This document shows, one piece after another, positions 22,456 to 35,200 of a DNA stretch of 64,000 bases. Within the stretch, counting starts at the first letter, position 1. The number at the start of each line of letters is the position of its first letter. A model generated the notes under the pieces. It searched no databases, was not told the DNA's origin, and saw nothing but the letters and a program-made list of their open reading frames with translations. Both the position numbers and the translations under genes were made by a program. The stretch lies in assembly GCA_965240325.2 (NCBI GenBank), contig OZ251242.1, positions 62,001 through 126,000 on the forward strand. The letters run 5' to 3'. The DNA comes from Rebecca billardiae RCC1528 (lineage: Eukaryota > Protista > Haptophyta).

Positions 22456-23950
22456 ATGCGCGCCTCGGCCCTCATCAACGCCGCGGCGCTCGCTCTCGCC
22501 TCGGGCGCCGTCGCGGCAGCGTCGGCCGTGCGCATGTCCGCGATGTCGGCGCAGCACCCGCCGATGCTCAAGGGTGCGCGCCCGCGCCGCGCGCGCACCC
22601 GCGCACGGGCCGCTCGGCGCGCGCGCGCGCGCGCGCGCGGCCGCCCACGCGGCGCGGCGCCGCGCGGTGCGCGCGCGCGCGCTCGCAGCGACGGACGGGC
22701 CGCAGACGTTCACGTACGACACGGTGAGCCGGCGCCTCCCGCTGATCGTCGAGTCGGTCATCGCGTCCAACGGCTACACCGACGCCCTCGCCGCCTCGCT
22801 CCAAAATCTCGCCGACGAGATCCGCGCAGACGCGCCGCTGGTGCCACTCGCGCGCGCCGAGGACGCGCGCTGGAACGAGTACCCGCTGATGGCGGCGGCG
22901 CTGCGGGAGGGGCAGAGCTGGTTCTCCGCGCCGTGGTGGCTCGTCGAGAACTACCTCTACCGGCGCATCCTCGAGCTCCTGCGCGCCGCCGGCGACGGGC
23001 GCGACCCTTTTGCCGCGCCCAAGGCGCAGGCCCTGCTCGCGTCCGCCGCGCCGCTTCGCGAGACGGTGCTGCCGCTGCTCGGCGCGGAGGGGGTGGGCGT
23101 GGAGCACTACGTGTACCGCGCGCTGTGGGGCAACCGCGCCGACCTCTCCATCTCCGCGGGCGACGCCGCCGCCGCGCTCGACGCCGCCGCCGTCACGGCC
23201 ACCGCGCGCGCGGCCGGCGGCGCGGCCGGCGGCGGCGCGGGCGCGTGTGCGGGCCCGTCTCTGGAGAGCGTGCGCGACAGCGCGTCGCTGCTGTGTGACG
23301 ACACGGCGCGCGCGCTCGAGGTGCTGCGCGCCGCGCAGGGCGCCCACGTCGTGCTCGTCCTCGACAACGCCGGCCTCGAGCTGCTCGCCGACCTCGCCCT
23401 CGCCCACGGCCTGCTCTCAGCAGAGGGGGGCGCCAGGCCCTGCGCCAGCTTCGTCACGCTGCATGCCAAGCCAGAGCCCGTGTTCGTCTCGGACGTGACG
23501 GCGGCGGACGTGGAGCTCACGCTGGGCTGGCTCGACGACCACGGCGGCGGCGCGCTCGCCGACGCGACCCGCGCCCACCTCCGCGCCGGCCGCCTCACCG
23601 TCGACGCCTCCCACCACTTCTACATCTCCCCGGAGCCCTTCTGCTCGGCCGCGCTGCCGGCCGAGCTGCGCGCGGCGTACGCGCGGGCGGACCTGGTGGT
23701 GCTCAAGGGGGACGCGAACTACCGCCGGCTGCTGGCCGACGCGGCGTGGGCGCACGACACGCCGTGCGCGCGCGTCCTCCCCCCCGGCTGGCCCACGCCC
23801 ACCCTCTGCCTCCGCACGTGCAAGAGCGAGGTGCTCGTGGGCGTGGCCCCCGAGCAGACAGCGCGCGCTGCGGCCGCGGCGCCCGACTGGCTCACGAGCG
23901 GACGCTTTGGCGTCGTGCAGCTCTTCGAGCCCGGGGGCGCGGCGGCGTAG
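22456..23950 (+). CDS. ARMT1/DUF89-family damage-control phosphatase; exons 22456-22573 and 22689-23950
   Basis: F...TV..RLP.I, W..APWW..ENYLYRRI, DPF...K, LWGNRADLS, LDNAG.EL..DL, K..P.FVSD, KGDANYRRL, LRTCKSEV.VG and W..SG.FG. GT-AG intron at 22574-22688. Confidence 0.88.
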
Positions 23951-24249
23951 GCTGCGCGCGGGCGGGCACGGCGCGCGGCCGATATAGTGAGCGCAGTGGC
24001 AGCAGCGGGCCGGCTATTGCGTGCGCATATTCGTCCCGGCACCGATGACCAGACGGTCGTACTCGTCTGCTGATGATCTGGCAGCAGTCAGTGACAGTGA
24101 CGACTGTCAGTGTATAGTGACGAGTCGTGAGTCTGTGAGTGCCCGGTGTTGAGTGACGCGCGCCGACTCCGCGCCGCGCCGCGAGGACTCGACTCGACGT
24201 ACGTCACACTCACAGACGGTAGAGTCTGTTAGACGCCGTGAGGCGATCG

Positions 24250-24364
<115 letters not shown>

Positions 24365-25135
24365 TTATATGATGGCCCGCGGTGCAGGGCGGAGCGCGCA
24401 GCGTGGAGCCCGCACCAGCGGGCCCGAACCACGTTTCAAAAAGATCTTTGATCAAAGAAAAAAGGGACGGGCCACGGGGGACAATTTTAGGGCTGGAGGA
24501 GACCGCGAGTTTCGAATTTTGAGACTCCCTTACAGGTGCATCCTCGTCGAAAAAGGACGCGTCCGCCGTCTTGAATAGTGAACAGAGGAATCAACGAAAC
24601 CCACGCCCAAGTGTGCGAGGCAGGGTACACCTTGAAAACTGACAGGCGGGCTGCGCGGCGACGCAAAAAGAACCTCACGTGAACTGCATAGGGGCTCATT
24701 TTTTGATCGCCTAAGGTGCACTTACCTGCGCCAATATTCAGCTGGGAAGCGTGCGAATCTCGGACGATAGGCGCCGAAGCCGGAGATCCGCAAGCTCCAG
24801 CAAAGGGATTTCGGGAGTGGACCCTTTCACTACTAGCCGCGTGGGTCTTCGTTGGAGGACGGAGGCGGCGCTTTTTGCCCTTCGCCCGTCCGCCGCCACC
24901 GTTGTACTGGGCCGCACGAAACGCGTCCGTCGCCGCGTTGCCCTGCAGTGGGCGCGCGCTGCATGGGCTGCGGCAGAACAGCATCACGCGCGACGCTGCC
25001 CTACGAACGTTCTCCCTTCCCACCGCCTGCGGGTCTCGAAGGGTTGGTCGCGGCGGCGTGCAACCGCGAAGTCGCGGAAGCAGACCGGTCTCGCCCGTCA
25101 TTGGCGGCGGTAGCAGGTCAGTAGGGAGAAGTGCA

Positions 25136-26330
25136 CAGTGAGAGATATAGGGAGTCGATCCGCTGTGGGACGTGGACGAGCGTGGCCCTGATTACCGCGC
25201 GATCCTTCGCGCCAGCTTGGGCCCACACGTCTGTGCAGAGAGCAGACGACCATCCGCAGAACCGCGGGCTCGGATTCAATGACGGCGCCGGGCTTGAGAG
25301 CGTGCACGCCTTTGGTGCGCGACAAATCTACGGGTGGATGCGATCCAGGTGGCTCAATATGCGCCAAGTAAGGCTGCATTCGCCTGTAGCGGTCACGCCT
25401 GCAGTGCTCCCTGTCGCTCATCACGCGCGTGCGCACTCCCCGCTGATCAGTCGGATCTGATCGGCTTCCCTCCCTTGTCCGCAACGGGTGGCGCGCATGG
25501 CTTTGAGACGCTGAGACGGTGCGCGTGCATAGTGAGAGATATAGGGGGGTGATCCGCTGTGGAACGTGGGCGAGCGTAGCTATGATTACCACGCGATCAT
25601 TCGCGCCAGTATGGGCCCACACGTCTGTGCAGAGAGCTGACGACCTGCAGTGATCACTTCCGCGGCCGATTCGCGGGAACCGGCGCGGACTGACAGGGCG
25701 CCGGGCTTGAGAGCGTGCACGCCTTTGGTGCGCGACAATTCTACGGATGGATACGCTTCTGGTGGCGCAATGCGTGCCAAGGAATGGCTGCATACGCATG
25801 TAATGGTCACGCCTGCAGTCCACAGTGTCGCTCGTCATTGATCGGCTGCTTCTGCCCTTGAGTCCGCAACGGGTGGCGCGCGGCTGCGCGCATGGCTTTG
25901 AGACGCTGAGACGTCGTCAAGGAGGAGCGCGCGTGCGGCGAAGGCAAGCATAGTACTGTTCTGCAGCTCAAGCAGCCCCAACGCGCTCTCGCCAGTACGC
26001 GCCTGCGCGTCTGCGCAGACGGGCGGAAAGCTCGGACCGCCGGCTGAGAGAGGGAGCGCGCAAGCCCTCGTGCCACTGCGAGTGAATGCGTCGGCGGACT
26101 TCGGGGGGATACCCACCATGCGCCCACGAAGAGCTACATTCACGGACATGGCAGTTGCGACGCCGACTCACGGTGTCGCGCATCATGCGCGCGCACGCTT
26201 GCACCATACCGACACACCCAAAACATTGACCGGGCGCGCGGGACCCGCGCGCACGGCTTCCAGACTCGGAGACGGTGTCAAGGAGGAGCACTTGCGGGGC
26301 AGGCTGAAGCACAGTGCTGATCTGCCGCAG
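25136..26330. repeat. Diverged ~390-bp tandem duplication (two clear copies plus a degenerate third)
   Basis: agtgagagatatagg...gatccgctgtgg, gggcccacacgtctgtgcagagagc, ggcgccgggcttgagagcgtgcacgcctttggtgcgcgacaa and catggctttgagacgctgagacg each occur twice, ~390 bp apart. A weaker match (gtcaaggaggagc) recurs at ~26280. Confidence 0.8.
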
Positions 26331-27606
26331 CCCAGGCAGCACACGCCCGCAGCAGGGCAACGGAACGGCTGCACGACCTCACGCGATGCGTGGCCCAGCC
26401 CCCCCCCCGGCCCGGGGTACCCTCGCTTGCTCGGAGAGGGGCGACCGCCCGCTTTCCGACGAGCGCAGCTTGCGAAAGTGACCGGGCCCCTTGTTCTTCG
26501 TAGAGCAGTTGCAGATGATTGGATGCCGGGAGGGAATGATAGCAAATGGCTGACCAATGAGACAGCGCCGTTGCGCCTACCCGCATTACTTGCCTCGCCG
26601 GAATCTTGAGTAAATCGATTTGGCCCTTTTGATTGGTTGCCTCCGCAATAGGCTTCTTTTTCGCATATGGCTGCTGACTTATGGAGATTCCAGGGCTGAG
26701 GCTTGCTTTTCAAGTAGGAGAACCTCTTGATTGATGCCACGAACCCCCTGGCCCTGCGCCCTTTTTCAAGGTGATTGTGGGTAGACTCTCCTTAATGTAG
26801 TGTGACCATAGTAAAATAATATGGCCTCGCCGCTGCAAGATGCCAAGAACGACCGTTGACATAATCGTCCAACCAACTTCAATAGTGCGAGACATTGAAA
26901 ATACCCGCCGCAGCTATCCGTATAGTCGGAGCCGGAGCGGGGGCGCGGCGGCGCGCGCGGCGTGTCAGCGGCCCGCGCGTTTGTACGCCGCGGCTGCGGC
27001 GCCAGGAGCTCCGAGGAGGCGAGCCACGAGCGACCGACGGGTGAGGACGGCGATGGGCAGGTGCGCGCGGCGAGTGGCGCCTGGAGCGCGCGGCTGCGGC
27101 GGGTCCCGACTGCCGTCGACATCGCGTTCGTGCCCCCGCTCACTCCGCGCGCCCCCGCCGCCCCGTGTCGATGCCTGCGCGCGGCCGCGCGCCCGGTCGC
27201 CGCGGGGCGCCCCGGCCGCGCCGCGGCAGCCGCCCTGTATTCGGGCTCTCGCAAGCTCGGGGGCAGCGGCGCCTGATGCCGGACTGATCGATCTCTGAGT
27301 CTTCGACTTCACCACGCGCCGCCCTTGCCATGCCTTTCCGGGGAGCAGCGCCCGGACGATCCGAGTCCATCGCGTCGACGGTCGACTCTGAGCGAGGGCT
27401 ACGCCTCGGAACTGAACGGTACTCTTATTAACTCTACGAGGAGGACGAGCTGCGTGGGCGACGGTGGTGCGTGACGTCCCCAGAGCTGGCTGTGCCTCTG
27501 CAACGCGTGCCGAGCCTGATCGAGGTGTGTCAGCCCGTGCACGCGCGGCGTGCGCCGCCGTGCGCGAACGATCCGTGACTGGTGCCCGCTCGCACATCCG
27601 ACCTCG

Positions 27607-27940
27607 GCACCGTGCTCCCTCGGGCTGTCAGCTCCGCGTGGCCTGGCGTGCACGTAGAGTTGCGCTCATGCGTCGATCACGCCTCGCGCCCGCCTGTCGG
27701 CCGTCGCGCAGGCGCTGGTCGAACCCTACTCGGACCGGACCAGTGCAAATCATCTGCTACTATCCTGGCGCTGCCGGTGCGCGGTGACCCGCGGGACAGC
27801 GCCACAGCGGTCAGTCAGCAGCAGCGGCCCGAACGAATCCGCGGCCCCGCACCGTGCTCCCTGGCTGTCAGCTTCGCGTGGCCTGGCGTGCACGTGGAGT
27901 CGCGCTCATGCGTCGATCACGCCTCGTCGCATCCGCCTGT
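27607..27940. repeat. ~90-bp imperfect direct repeat (27607-27697 and 27849-27940)
   Basis: gcaccgtgctccct...gcgtggcctggcgtgcacgt...gctcatgcgtcgatcacgcctcg occurs twice. Confidence 0.85.
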
Positions 27941-28325
27941 ACACAATCGGCGCCGCGCCGGCGGCTGCGAAGTGCGATGGGCCCGCGCCCGGCGCGGCGG
28001 GCGGCGGCGCACCGCTGGAGTCTAGTTGTACGGGCATGCAACTCCGGGTCTGTCAATAGACGACTGCGATGGAGGGTGCACCGCCACCGCGGGCCCTGAA
28101 CTACGTTCGTTGGCTACGGAAAAGGATTAGGACCGCGGAACGCGGTCCGATATATATATATATGAACACAGCAACGACTTCTTTTTTAAAGCGGCCGTTA
28201 GCGTGTCCAGCGGCCAGATTAATTTTCGAAAAATTACTATGCGCTGCGCGCGCGCCCCTAGGGGGCGGCGCGCGCGCGCGGCTGGTCCCCCCTGCATGCC
28301 CGCACCGTCAGCTGCCTGATTGCCG

Positions 28326-31060
28326 CTACCCAGCCCCGCTACCGTCGCGCGCGACATCCGCGCCGTAAATCACCGTCACCGAGCGGTCCGGCGAGCGCGC
28401 CGCCATCAATTTGCTCCTGAGTGCCGAAAACTCCTTCTCCGGAAGCCCAGCCTCCTCGCGCAGGAGCTTGCGCGCCGTCATGCACTCCGCGATCAGGTCG
28501 ATCGCGTCGGTCTCCGCCCTGCGCTGCCATTCGCGCTGCCGCTTGGCGTACTTCTTCAGCCAGAGCCGCCGCACCTTGTCGCCGAACTCCTCTGCCCACG
28601 TCGCAAGCGACACGCGGCGCACGAGCTGCGCGACCGTCGAGATGTGCGGCTCCGCCGTCGACTTCTTCCCCTCGGCGTACTCGCGGACGAATGAGTCGAG
28701 TGACTTGCGCGCGTGCACGAGCGGCATCGCACGCTTGGTCACCTGCACGAAATGCCCCTGCACCTGCTCGTCCGCGAGCTGCACGAGGCGCCCCCGCCGC
28801 CTGAGGCGAGACGCCGTCTGCGCCCGCCTCCGTGACCGCCCAGACGTTGAAGCGGAGCGGTGGGACGTTGTGCGAGCCCTGGCCGGCGAGGCTGGCGAGG
28901 CTGACGTAAGCGCCGGTGCACGCCACGATGGCCTTCTGCTCCTCCGCGTAGTCGGCCGCCTCGGCGCCGCCGCCAAAACCGCCGCCGGCCGCGCTGCCGC
29001 CTGCCGAGGCAGTGCTGCCACCGAGGCCGCGCTGCTGCGCGCCGCCGCCGGCCGCGCCGCCGCCGGCCGCGCCGCCACCAGCCGCACCACCACCCGCACT
29101 GTCAGCCGCGCGGCTGGCCGCGCCACATGCCGCGCCACCGGCCACGCGGACGCCAGCACCGGCTGTGCCGCTAGCCACGCCGCTGCCACTGCCGGCCGCG
29201 CCGCCCACGCCGCCGCCCGCGCCCGCGCCCGCGCCCACGTTGCCAGCCGCGCCCCCGGCCGCGCCCCCGGCCGCGCCGCCGGCCGCGCCACCGGCCGCGC
29301 GGACGCCAGCGCCAGCGGTGCCGCCAGCCACGCAGCTGCCGCTGCTGCTGCCACCAGTGCTGCTGCTGCCGCCCGCACCGGCCGCGCCGCCGCCGGCCGC
29401 GCCACCGCCGGCCGCGCCGCCGCCGGCCGCGCCGCCGCCGGCCGCGCCGCCGCCGGCCGCGCGATCGCGAGCGCTGTCAGCCGCGCCGCTGTCCGCGCCG
29501 CCGGCCGCACCTCCGGCCGCGCCTCCAGCCGCGCGGACGCCAACGCCAGCTGTGCCGCCAGCCACGCCACTGCAGCTGCCGCCCGCGCCGCCCGCGCCGC
29601 CGCCAGCACCCGCGCCCGCGTTGCCAGCCGCGCCGCCGGCCGCGTCCGGCCGCGTCGCCGGGCGCACCGCCGCCTGGCGCGCAGTTGTCGGGCGTGCCGC
29701 CGTCGGGCGCGCCGCCACCGGGCCCGCCATCGCCCGCGCTGTCAGCCGCGCCGCCGGCCGCGCCGCAGGCCGCGCCACCGGCCGCGCGGACGCCAACGCC
29801 GGCTGTGTCGCCAGTCACGCCGCTGTCGCTGCAGCTGCCGCCGCTGCTGCCGGCCGCGCCGGCCGCGCGCGGCCGCGCCGCCGGCCGCGCCGCCGCCGGC
29901 AGTGCCGCCGCCGGCCGCGCCACCGCCCGCGCTGTCAGCCGCGCCGCTGGCCGCGCCGCCGGCCGCGCCACCGGCCGCACGGACGCCAGCGCCGACTGTG
30001 CCGCCAGCCACGCCGCTGCCGCTGCCGCTCGCGCCGGCCGCGCCGCCGCCCGTGCCCGCGGACGCGCCCGCGTTGCCAGCCGCGCCGCCCGCCGCGCCGC
30101 CGGCCGCGCCGCCGACCGCGCAACCGGCCGCGCGGACTCCAGCGCCGGCGGCACCGCCAGCTACGCCGCTACCGCTGCCGCTGCCGCCGCTGCCGCCGGC
30201 CGCGCCGCCGGCCGCGTCGCCGGCCGCGCCGCCTGCAGCGCCGCCAGCCGCGCCGCCCTGCCGCGCTGGCCACGTGCAGCGGCGGCAGCTGGCGGCGCCG
30301 GTCGCGGTGGGAGCCGGCCGCTCCGGATCACGTCATTGATCCCGTCGGCGTCCGCACTCCATAGCTCGGGCATGTCCGAGTCCGGCCGCTCCGAGATGGC
30401 GATCGCCTCCGACGACGCGAGCGCAACACCCTCATAGTTGCGCACGATGGCGATCGTGGCCGCGCGCGAGTGCGCTGCGTTTGGCCCGTGTCCGCCGAGA
30501 GGAGGAGGACATGCGGCTGCCCGCGCGGGCGCGCGGACTTGCCGTAGTGCTCCAAGCGATCCAGCACGGCGCCCACGGCCTGCGCCCACGGCCGCGCCGC
30601 CGACTCGCTGCCGATCATCATCACGCCCGCGCCCGCGTGCTCGCGATTGCGCAGCGCGCTCTCACGTGAGCCAGCCACCGGCGGCGGGATCGGGTGGCGC
30701 ATGCCCAGGTTGAGCCACGTCGAGAACTCTCGGGCTGGCGCGAGCCCACGATGCTCAGTGTGCGGTCCTTCTCGCGCGCCTAGTGCACGACGCCCTCGTC
30801 GTCGAGCGAGGTGAAGGCATGCAAGACGAGCGCGTCTCACGAGAAGAGCCGCAGCTTGGCTACACGCAGCAGGTTGTTCTTCTTCCGCTGGGCCTTGATG
30901 GCGACGAGGCTGTTGACGCTGCGCTTGACCTCCGCCAGGTAGTTCTCGTTCGGCATGATCGAGTGGTCCACCTCGCTCGCGGCCTCGCGCGCGCGCAGCT
31001 TGAGCATCTCGTGCGGCTGAGCGCCGCGGCCATGCGCAGCCATGCAGATGCGGCAGAGAC
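28326..31060 (-). pseudogene. Disrupted cargo ORF of unknown family with a central Gly/Ala repeat block
   Basis: Protein-like segments in different frames (EVDHSIMPNENYLAEVKRS...; AVGAVLDRLEHYGK...; IAIVRNYEGVALASSE...; DYAEEQKAIVACTG...; VQGHFVQVTKRAMP...WLKKYAKRQREW) are separated by stops or frameshifts. Confidence 0.45.
29030..30290. repeat. Higher-order GC-rich minisatellite (CCGGCCGCGCCG arrays with recurring GCTGTCAGCCGCG and GGACGCCAGCGCC cores)
   Basis: About 7 degenerate units that read GGAAGGAADSA...SGVAGGTAGAGVRAA on the minus strand. Confidence 0.85.
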
Positions 31061-31683
31061 GTGGCGCCCGATGCGTTAGGCACCTTTGCGATGCAGCTTG
31101 GGCTTCCTAGGCTTCGCGCAGGAACGCTTGCCCTTGCCCACGGTGAGCACAGCCGTCGCCATTGCTGCGCGCGGCGAGCGCGGTGCGGCGCGGCCGGGCC
31201 GGGCGCAGCCGCAGCAAGTTAGTCTGATGCAAATTCCCGGTCACCCATGCAAAAGTAAGCGTTCCCGCTGCGCATGTGCGTGCATCACGAGTAACCCGCC
31301 GCCTGAATAACAACTCCGCGCCCCTCCATACACTTCCTGCATCCCCGCGCGCAGCGGCGTGCGGGCGGGCGCGAATTCGCACCGTGTTACGAACAGACCT
31401 AGCAAAGTAGATCGGTGTGGCGCGTCGGGACGCGGAGCGGGTGCGGGGCAGGCGGGGGATAGGTTGGGGAACACCCGCGATTAGAGCACCGGTGGCGCAG
31501 CGGCGACGTGGACGCCGCCACACGCGCACGCACGGCGCGCGCTCGCACCGCGAGTCGAACGTCCGCTCGCCAAGCCCTGCGACGGCGTCCGTGCGACGCC
31601 GAGCGACGAACGCTCTCGGGATTTGGCCCGGACCACCAGATTCAGCCGTTAACGGCCGAAAATTCATTTGTTGGAGTTTCCTT

Positions 31684-32009
31684 TGTCAAAGGGTGAAGAG
31701 AGCGACAGGGCGTGAGGCCCGAGAGCGTGACGAGGGGGGCGAGGATGCCCCGAGAGACGGAGGTTCGACTGATGCAATGCGAAGCGGTATGAACTGAACG
31801 AGCCGGTCACTAGGGGGGCATCCGACAGTCCTAGGACCGTGTAGGAGGCACTGATAGCCATCAACGGGTAAGTCGTGAAATGAACCATGATGGGAGTAAG
31901 AGTGATGCCGACCTGATAATGAGAGTCGGCGTATGTGGTGTCCAGTGACGGTTGGTGATCCGGGTGTGTACGCACAGGAGAGCGAGTCCGGTAACGTTGG
32001 ATCTTGACA
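31684..32009 (-). repeat. 3' LTR of the copia element (326 bp)
   Basis: TGTCAA...TTGACA termini, adjacent to the PPT. Confidence 0.95.
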
Positions 32010-32275
32010 CCCCCACCCAATCGCAGCGGTGGTCGTACGAAACCTGGTCGACCCGAAGGGACTGGGTGTAGACGTGTGACCGTCGTGTGATTGTAGATGA
32101 TGCGATGTTGCCGTATGGGATGCATGCGTCGGAGCGGTTGTCCGAGTAGACGATGTAGAAGTCGGGCGAGTCGGTGCCGGCAGCGTCTCCGTTCAGAAGA
32201 GACAGCGCGAGGTCAATGTGCGTCCGACGAGCGGCGACCGATGTAGCACTGGGACTTCGTGTGTGCGGCGAGGCC

Positions 32276-35200
32276 TTACATGCCCAGGATCTGAGCACGA
32301 AGTTTGAGGAAGGCGGCCGGGCCGAGCGGCTTGGTCATGATGTCGGCCGGGTTCTCGGTGCCGGGGATCAAGAAGAGCTTGAAGGTGCCGGCGCGGGCGT
32401 GCTGACGGTTCCAGTGGTACTGGACGTCGATGTGCTTGGTGCGGTTGTGGTACTTCTCGTTGTCCGTGAGGTCCACCACAGCCTTGTTGTCCTCGAAGAG
32501 CTTGGTCGGCGCGAGCTGCGGGTAGCCGAGGTCGGTGAGCAGCTTGCGCATGAAGATGATCTCCTTGCCGGCGGAGGTGACGGCCATGTACTCAGCCTCG
32601 GTCGAGCTCAGAGCCGTCGTGCGCTGCTTCTCGCGGCGGCCGCTCACCGTCGAGCCGCAGAGGTGCATCACGTAGCCGGTGACAGACTTGCGCTCGTCGT
32701 GGAGGTCGTTGGCGTAGTCGGCGTCCACGTACGCGATGAGCGTGACGTCCGAGCCCGAGCGGAAGAAGAGGCCGAGGTTCGGCGTACCGGCGAGGTAGCG
32801 GATGATGCGCTTGGCAGCCTCGAGGTGCTTCTTGCCCGGCTTTGACATGAAGTGGGTGAGCGTGCCGACGGCGTAGGCGATGTCCGGGCGGAACTGCGTG
32901 ATGTGGATGAGCGAGCCGACCACGGAGCGGAAGAACGTCGTCGTCTCCGCGTCGAGCGCGTCCGACTCGGAGCACGGGCCGAGCTTGAGGCCCTCGGTCA
33001 TCGGCGTGTCGGACGTGTTGCAGTTCATGAAGCCCGTCTTCTCGAGGAGCTCGAGGATGTTCTTGGTGACGGTCACCATGATGCCGTCCTTGGAGCGCGT
33101 GAGCGTGGCCGACAGGTAGCCGTCGATGTCGGCCGTGATGGTCATCTTGTACGAGGATGTGATCTTCGAGATGAAGTTGTCGCAGGCGGTCGGGTCGTCG
33201 CTGTCGTCGAGGATGAGCATGTCGTCCACGTAGATGCACACGGCGATGATGCCCGACTGCGTGTTGAGGACATAGAGGCACGGGTCGGCCTGGCTCTGCG
33301 CGAACCCGTACTCCTTCATCCAGTCGTCGATCATGAGACGCCAGTTGCGGCCGGACTGCTTGAGACCGTAGAGGCTCTTGAGGAGGCGCAGCACGACGTC
33401 ACCCTTCGCCTTCGGCTTGTACCCGAGCGGCAGCTCGAGGTAGATCTCGTAGTCGATCGGCGCGTTGAGGTACGCCGTCGTGAAGTCGCCGTGGAAGAGG
33501 CGGCGCTGCTTGGCCGCGGCGATGGCGATGATCATCTTGAGAGTCTCGTAGCGGACGACCGAGGAGAACGTCTCGTCGTAGTCGATGCCCTCGATCTGCG
33601 TGAAGCCCTTGCCCACGACGCGGGCCTTGAACCGCTTGATGTTGCCCTTCTTGTCGCGCTTGATGTTGAACACGGGCGCCGCCTTCAGCGTGCGCATCCC
33701 CGGCTTGCGCGGCACCTCCACCCACGTGTTGTTGGCCAGGATGGAGGCGTACTCGGCGTCGAGAGCGGCGGCGAACTGCGTCGCATGCGGGCCGTTGAGT
33801 GCTTGCACCGCCGTCGGCGTGTCCGAGAGTCCGATGGAGAGCAGGAGCGCGTAGATGCGCGGCAGCTTGGAGTAAGTCGGCGACGCGACCGAGTTGACGT
33901 GTGCGCGCGCGCGCGTGCGAGATGAGGGCGGGTCGTCGTCGTTGAGCGCGTTGCCGACATCGAGGGAGTCCTCGGCGCCGGCGGCGTCGTCGTCAGCGTC
34001 TCCGACGTAGGCGTGCGGTGCGTCCCCCACCCGCTCAGCGTGTCCGAATGAGCCGGCGCCATCGCGGCGCCGCACGGCGCCGTGGGAACTTCCCCCATTA
34101 CCCACATCGGCAGCATGGAGGTCGAGCGGCGGCGGCGTCGGCGGCAGCTGCGGCGCGGCGGCGAGCGGGTCGCGCGCGATGTGAGCGGCGTCGGGGTGGT
34201 CGACGTAGAGCGTGTCCTCGTCGAAGCGCACGTGGTGCGAGATGATGAACATGTCCGGGACGATCTGGCCGTCGCCGGGCACGCGCACGATGATCGCCTT
34301 CGTGTAGCGCGTGCGGTTCTTGGGCGGGACGTTCACCATGTGGCCGTCGTCGCCGTGGCCGACGTAGACGCCCATGACGGCGCGCGGGTCGAGCTTCTTG
34401 AAGTGCGTGTTCGGCGGCACGACGTAGGCGACGCAGCCGAAGACACGCAGCTGAGCGAGATCTGGCGGGAAGCCGCGCAGGAGCTCGAACGGCGTCTTGT
34501 TGAACGTCACCGGCGTGGCGATGCGGCGGATGATGTACGCGGCGTGGCGCAGCGCGTCCTTGGCGTAGGCGTCGATGCGCAGCTTGGAGTGGAACAGGAT
34601 CGAGCGCGCCGCGTTGAAGAGCGTCTGGATGAAGCGCTCGGCGATCGGGTTGTGCTGCGGCGTGTCGGGCGGCGTGACCTGGTTGGGGGCGATGCCGTGC
34701 GCGCGGCAGATGCCCTCCCAGTCGGTCGAGTTGAGCTCGGGGGCGCCGTCGACGCGGAAGCGGCTGACGGTGCGGCCGTAGACCGACATGTCGTCGATGA
34801 AGCGTCGCATCGCCTCCGGTGCGTCCGAGCGGCGGTCGAGGAAGTAGATGAAGCCGGCCCGGGTGTAGTCGTCGACAAACACGATCACGTAGAACTTGGC
34901 AAAATCGTCCGGGTTCACGATGAACTTGCCGTCGACGTAGCCGGCGACGTCGACATGGACGAGCACGAACGCCTTCTCCGAGCGGGGCGACGTGGACGTG
35001 AACGAGTTGCGCTTCATCTTGGCGAGCGCGCACGAGCAGTCCGACTTGAGGTTGCGCGCGCCGAGGTGCTTGGATGCGGCGAGCGTGCGGTTGACGGCAG
35101 CTGCGTGAGCGTGGCCGAGCCGGAGGTGAGCGACGCGCGAGAGCTCGTCGGTGTCCTTGAACTCGACGCAGCACTCGTCGCAGAACGTGTCGTCGTCCGG

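Larger units (their letters stand above)
24374..28148 (+). mobile_element. Putative non-autonomous Helentron/DINE-like element
   Basis: 11-bp sub-terminal IRs GGCCCGCGGTG (24374-24384) and CACCGCGGGCC (28085-28095). Partial IR next to the left one (24412-24424). Terminal hairpin GGACCGCG-GAA-CGCGGTCC (28130-28148). Flanked by TA runs and contains no recognisable ORF. Confidence 0.4.

Noticed and set aside
19331-23950. 1539-aa plus-strand ORF
   Set aside because: It is a chance join of the antisense of the RRM gene with exon 2 of the ARMT1-like gene.
28167-28200. CACAG terminus as a Transib/RAG-RSS-like end
   Set aside because: There is no CACAGTG heptamer, no 5-bp TSD and no RAG-like ORF.
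29030-30290. Repeat array considered as CRISPR-like or as a genuine silk/structural gene
   Set aside because: There is no constant repeat with unique spacers, the context is eukaryotic, and the repeat phase shifts frames several times.
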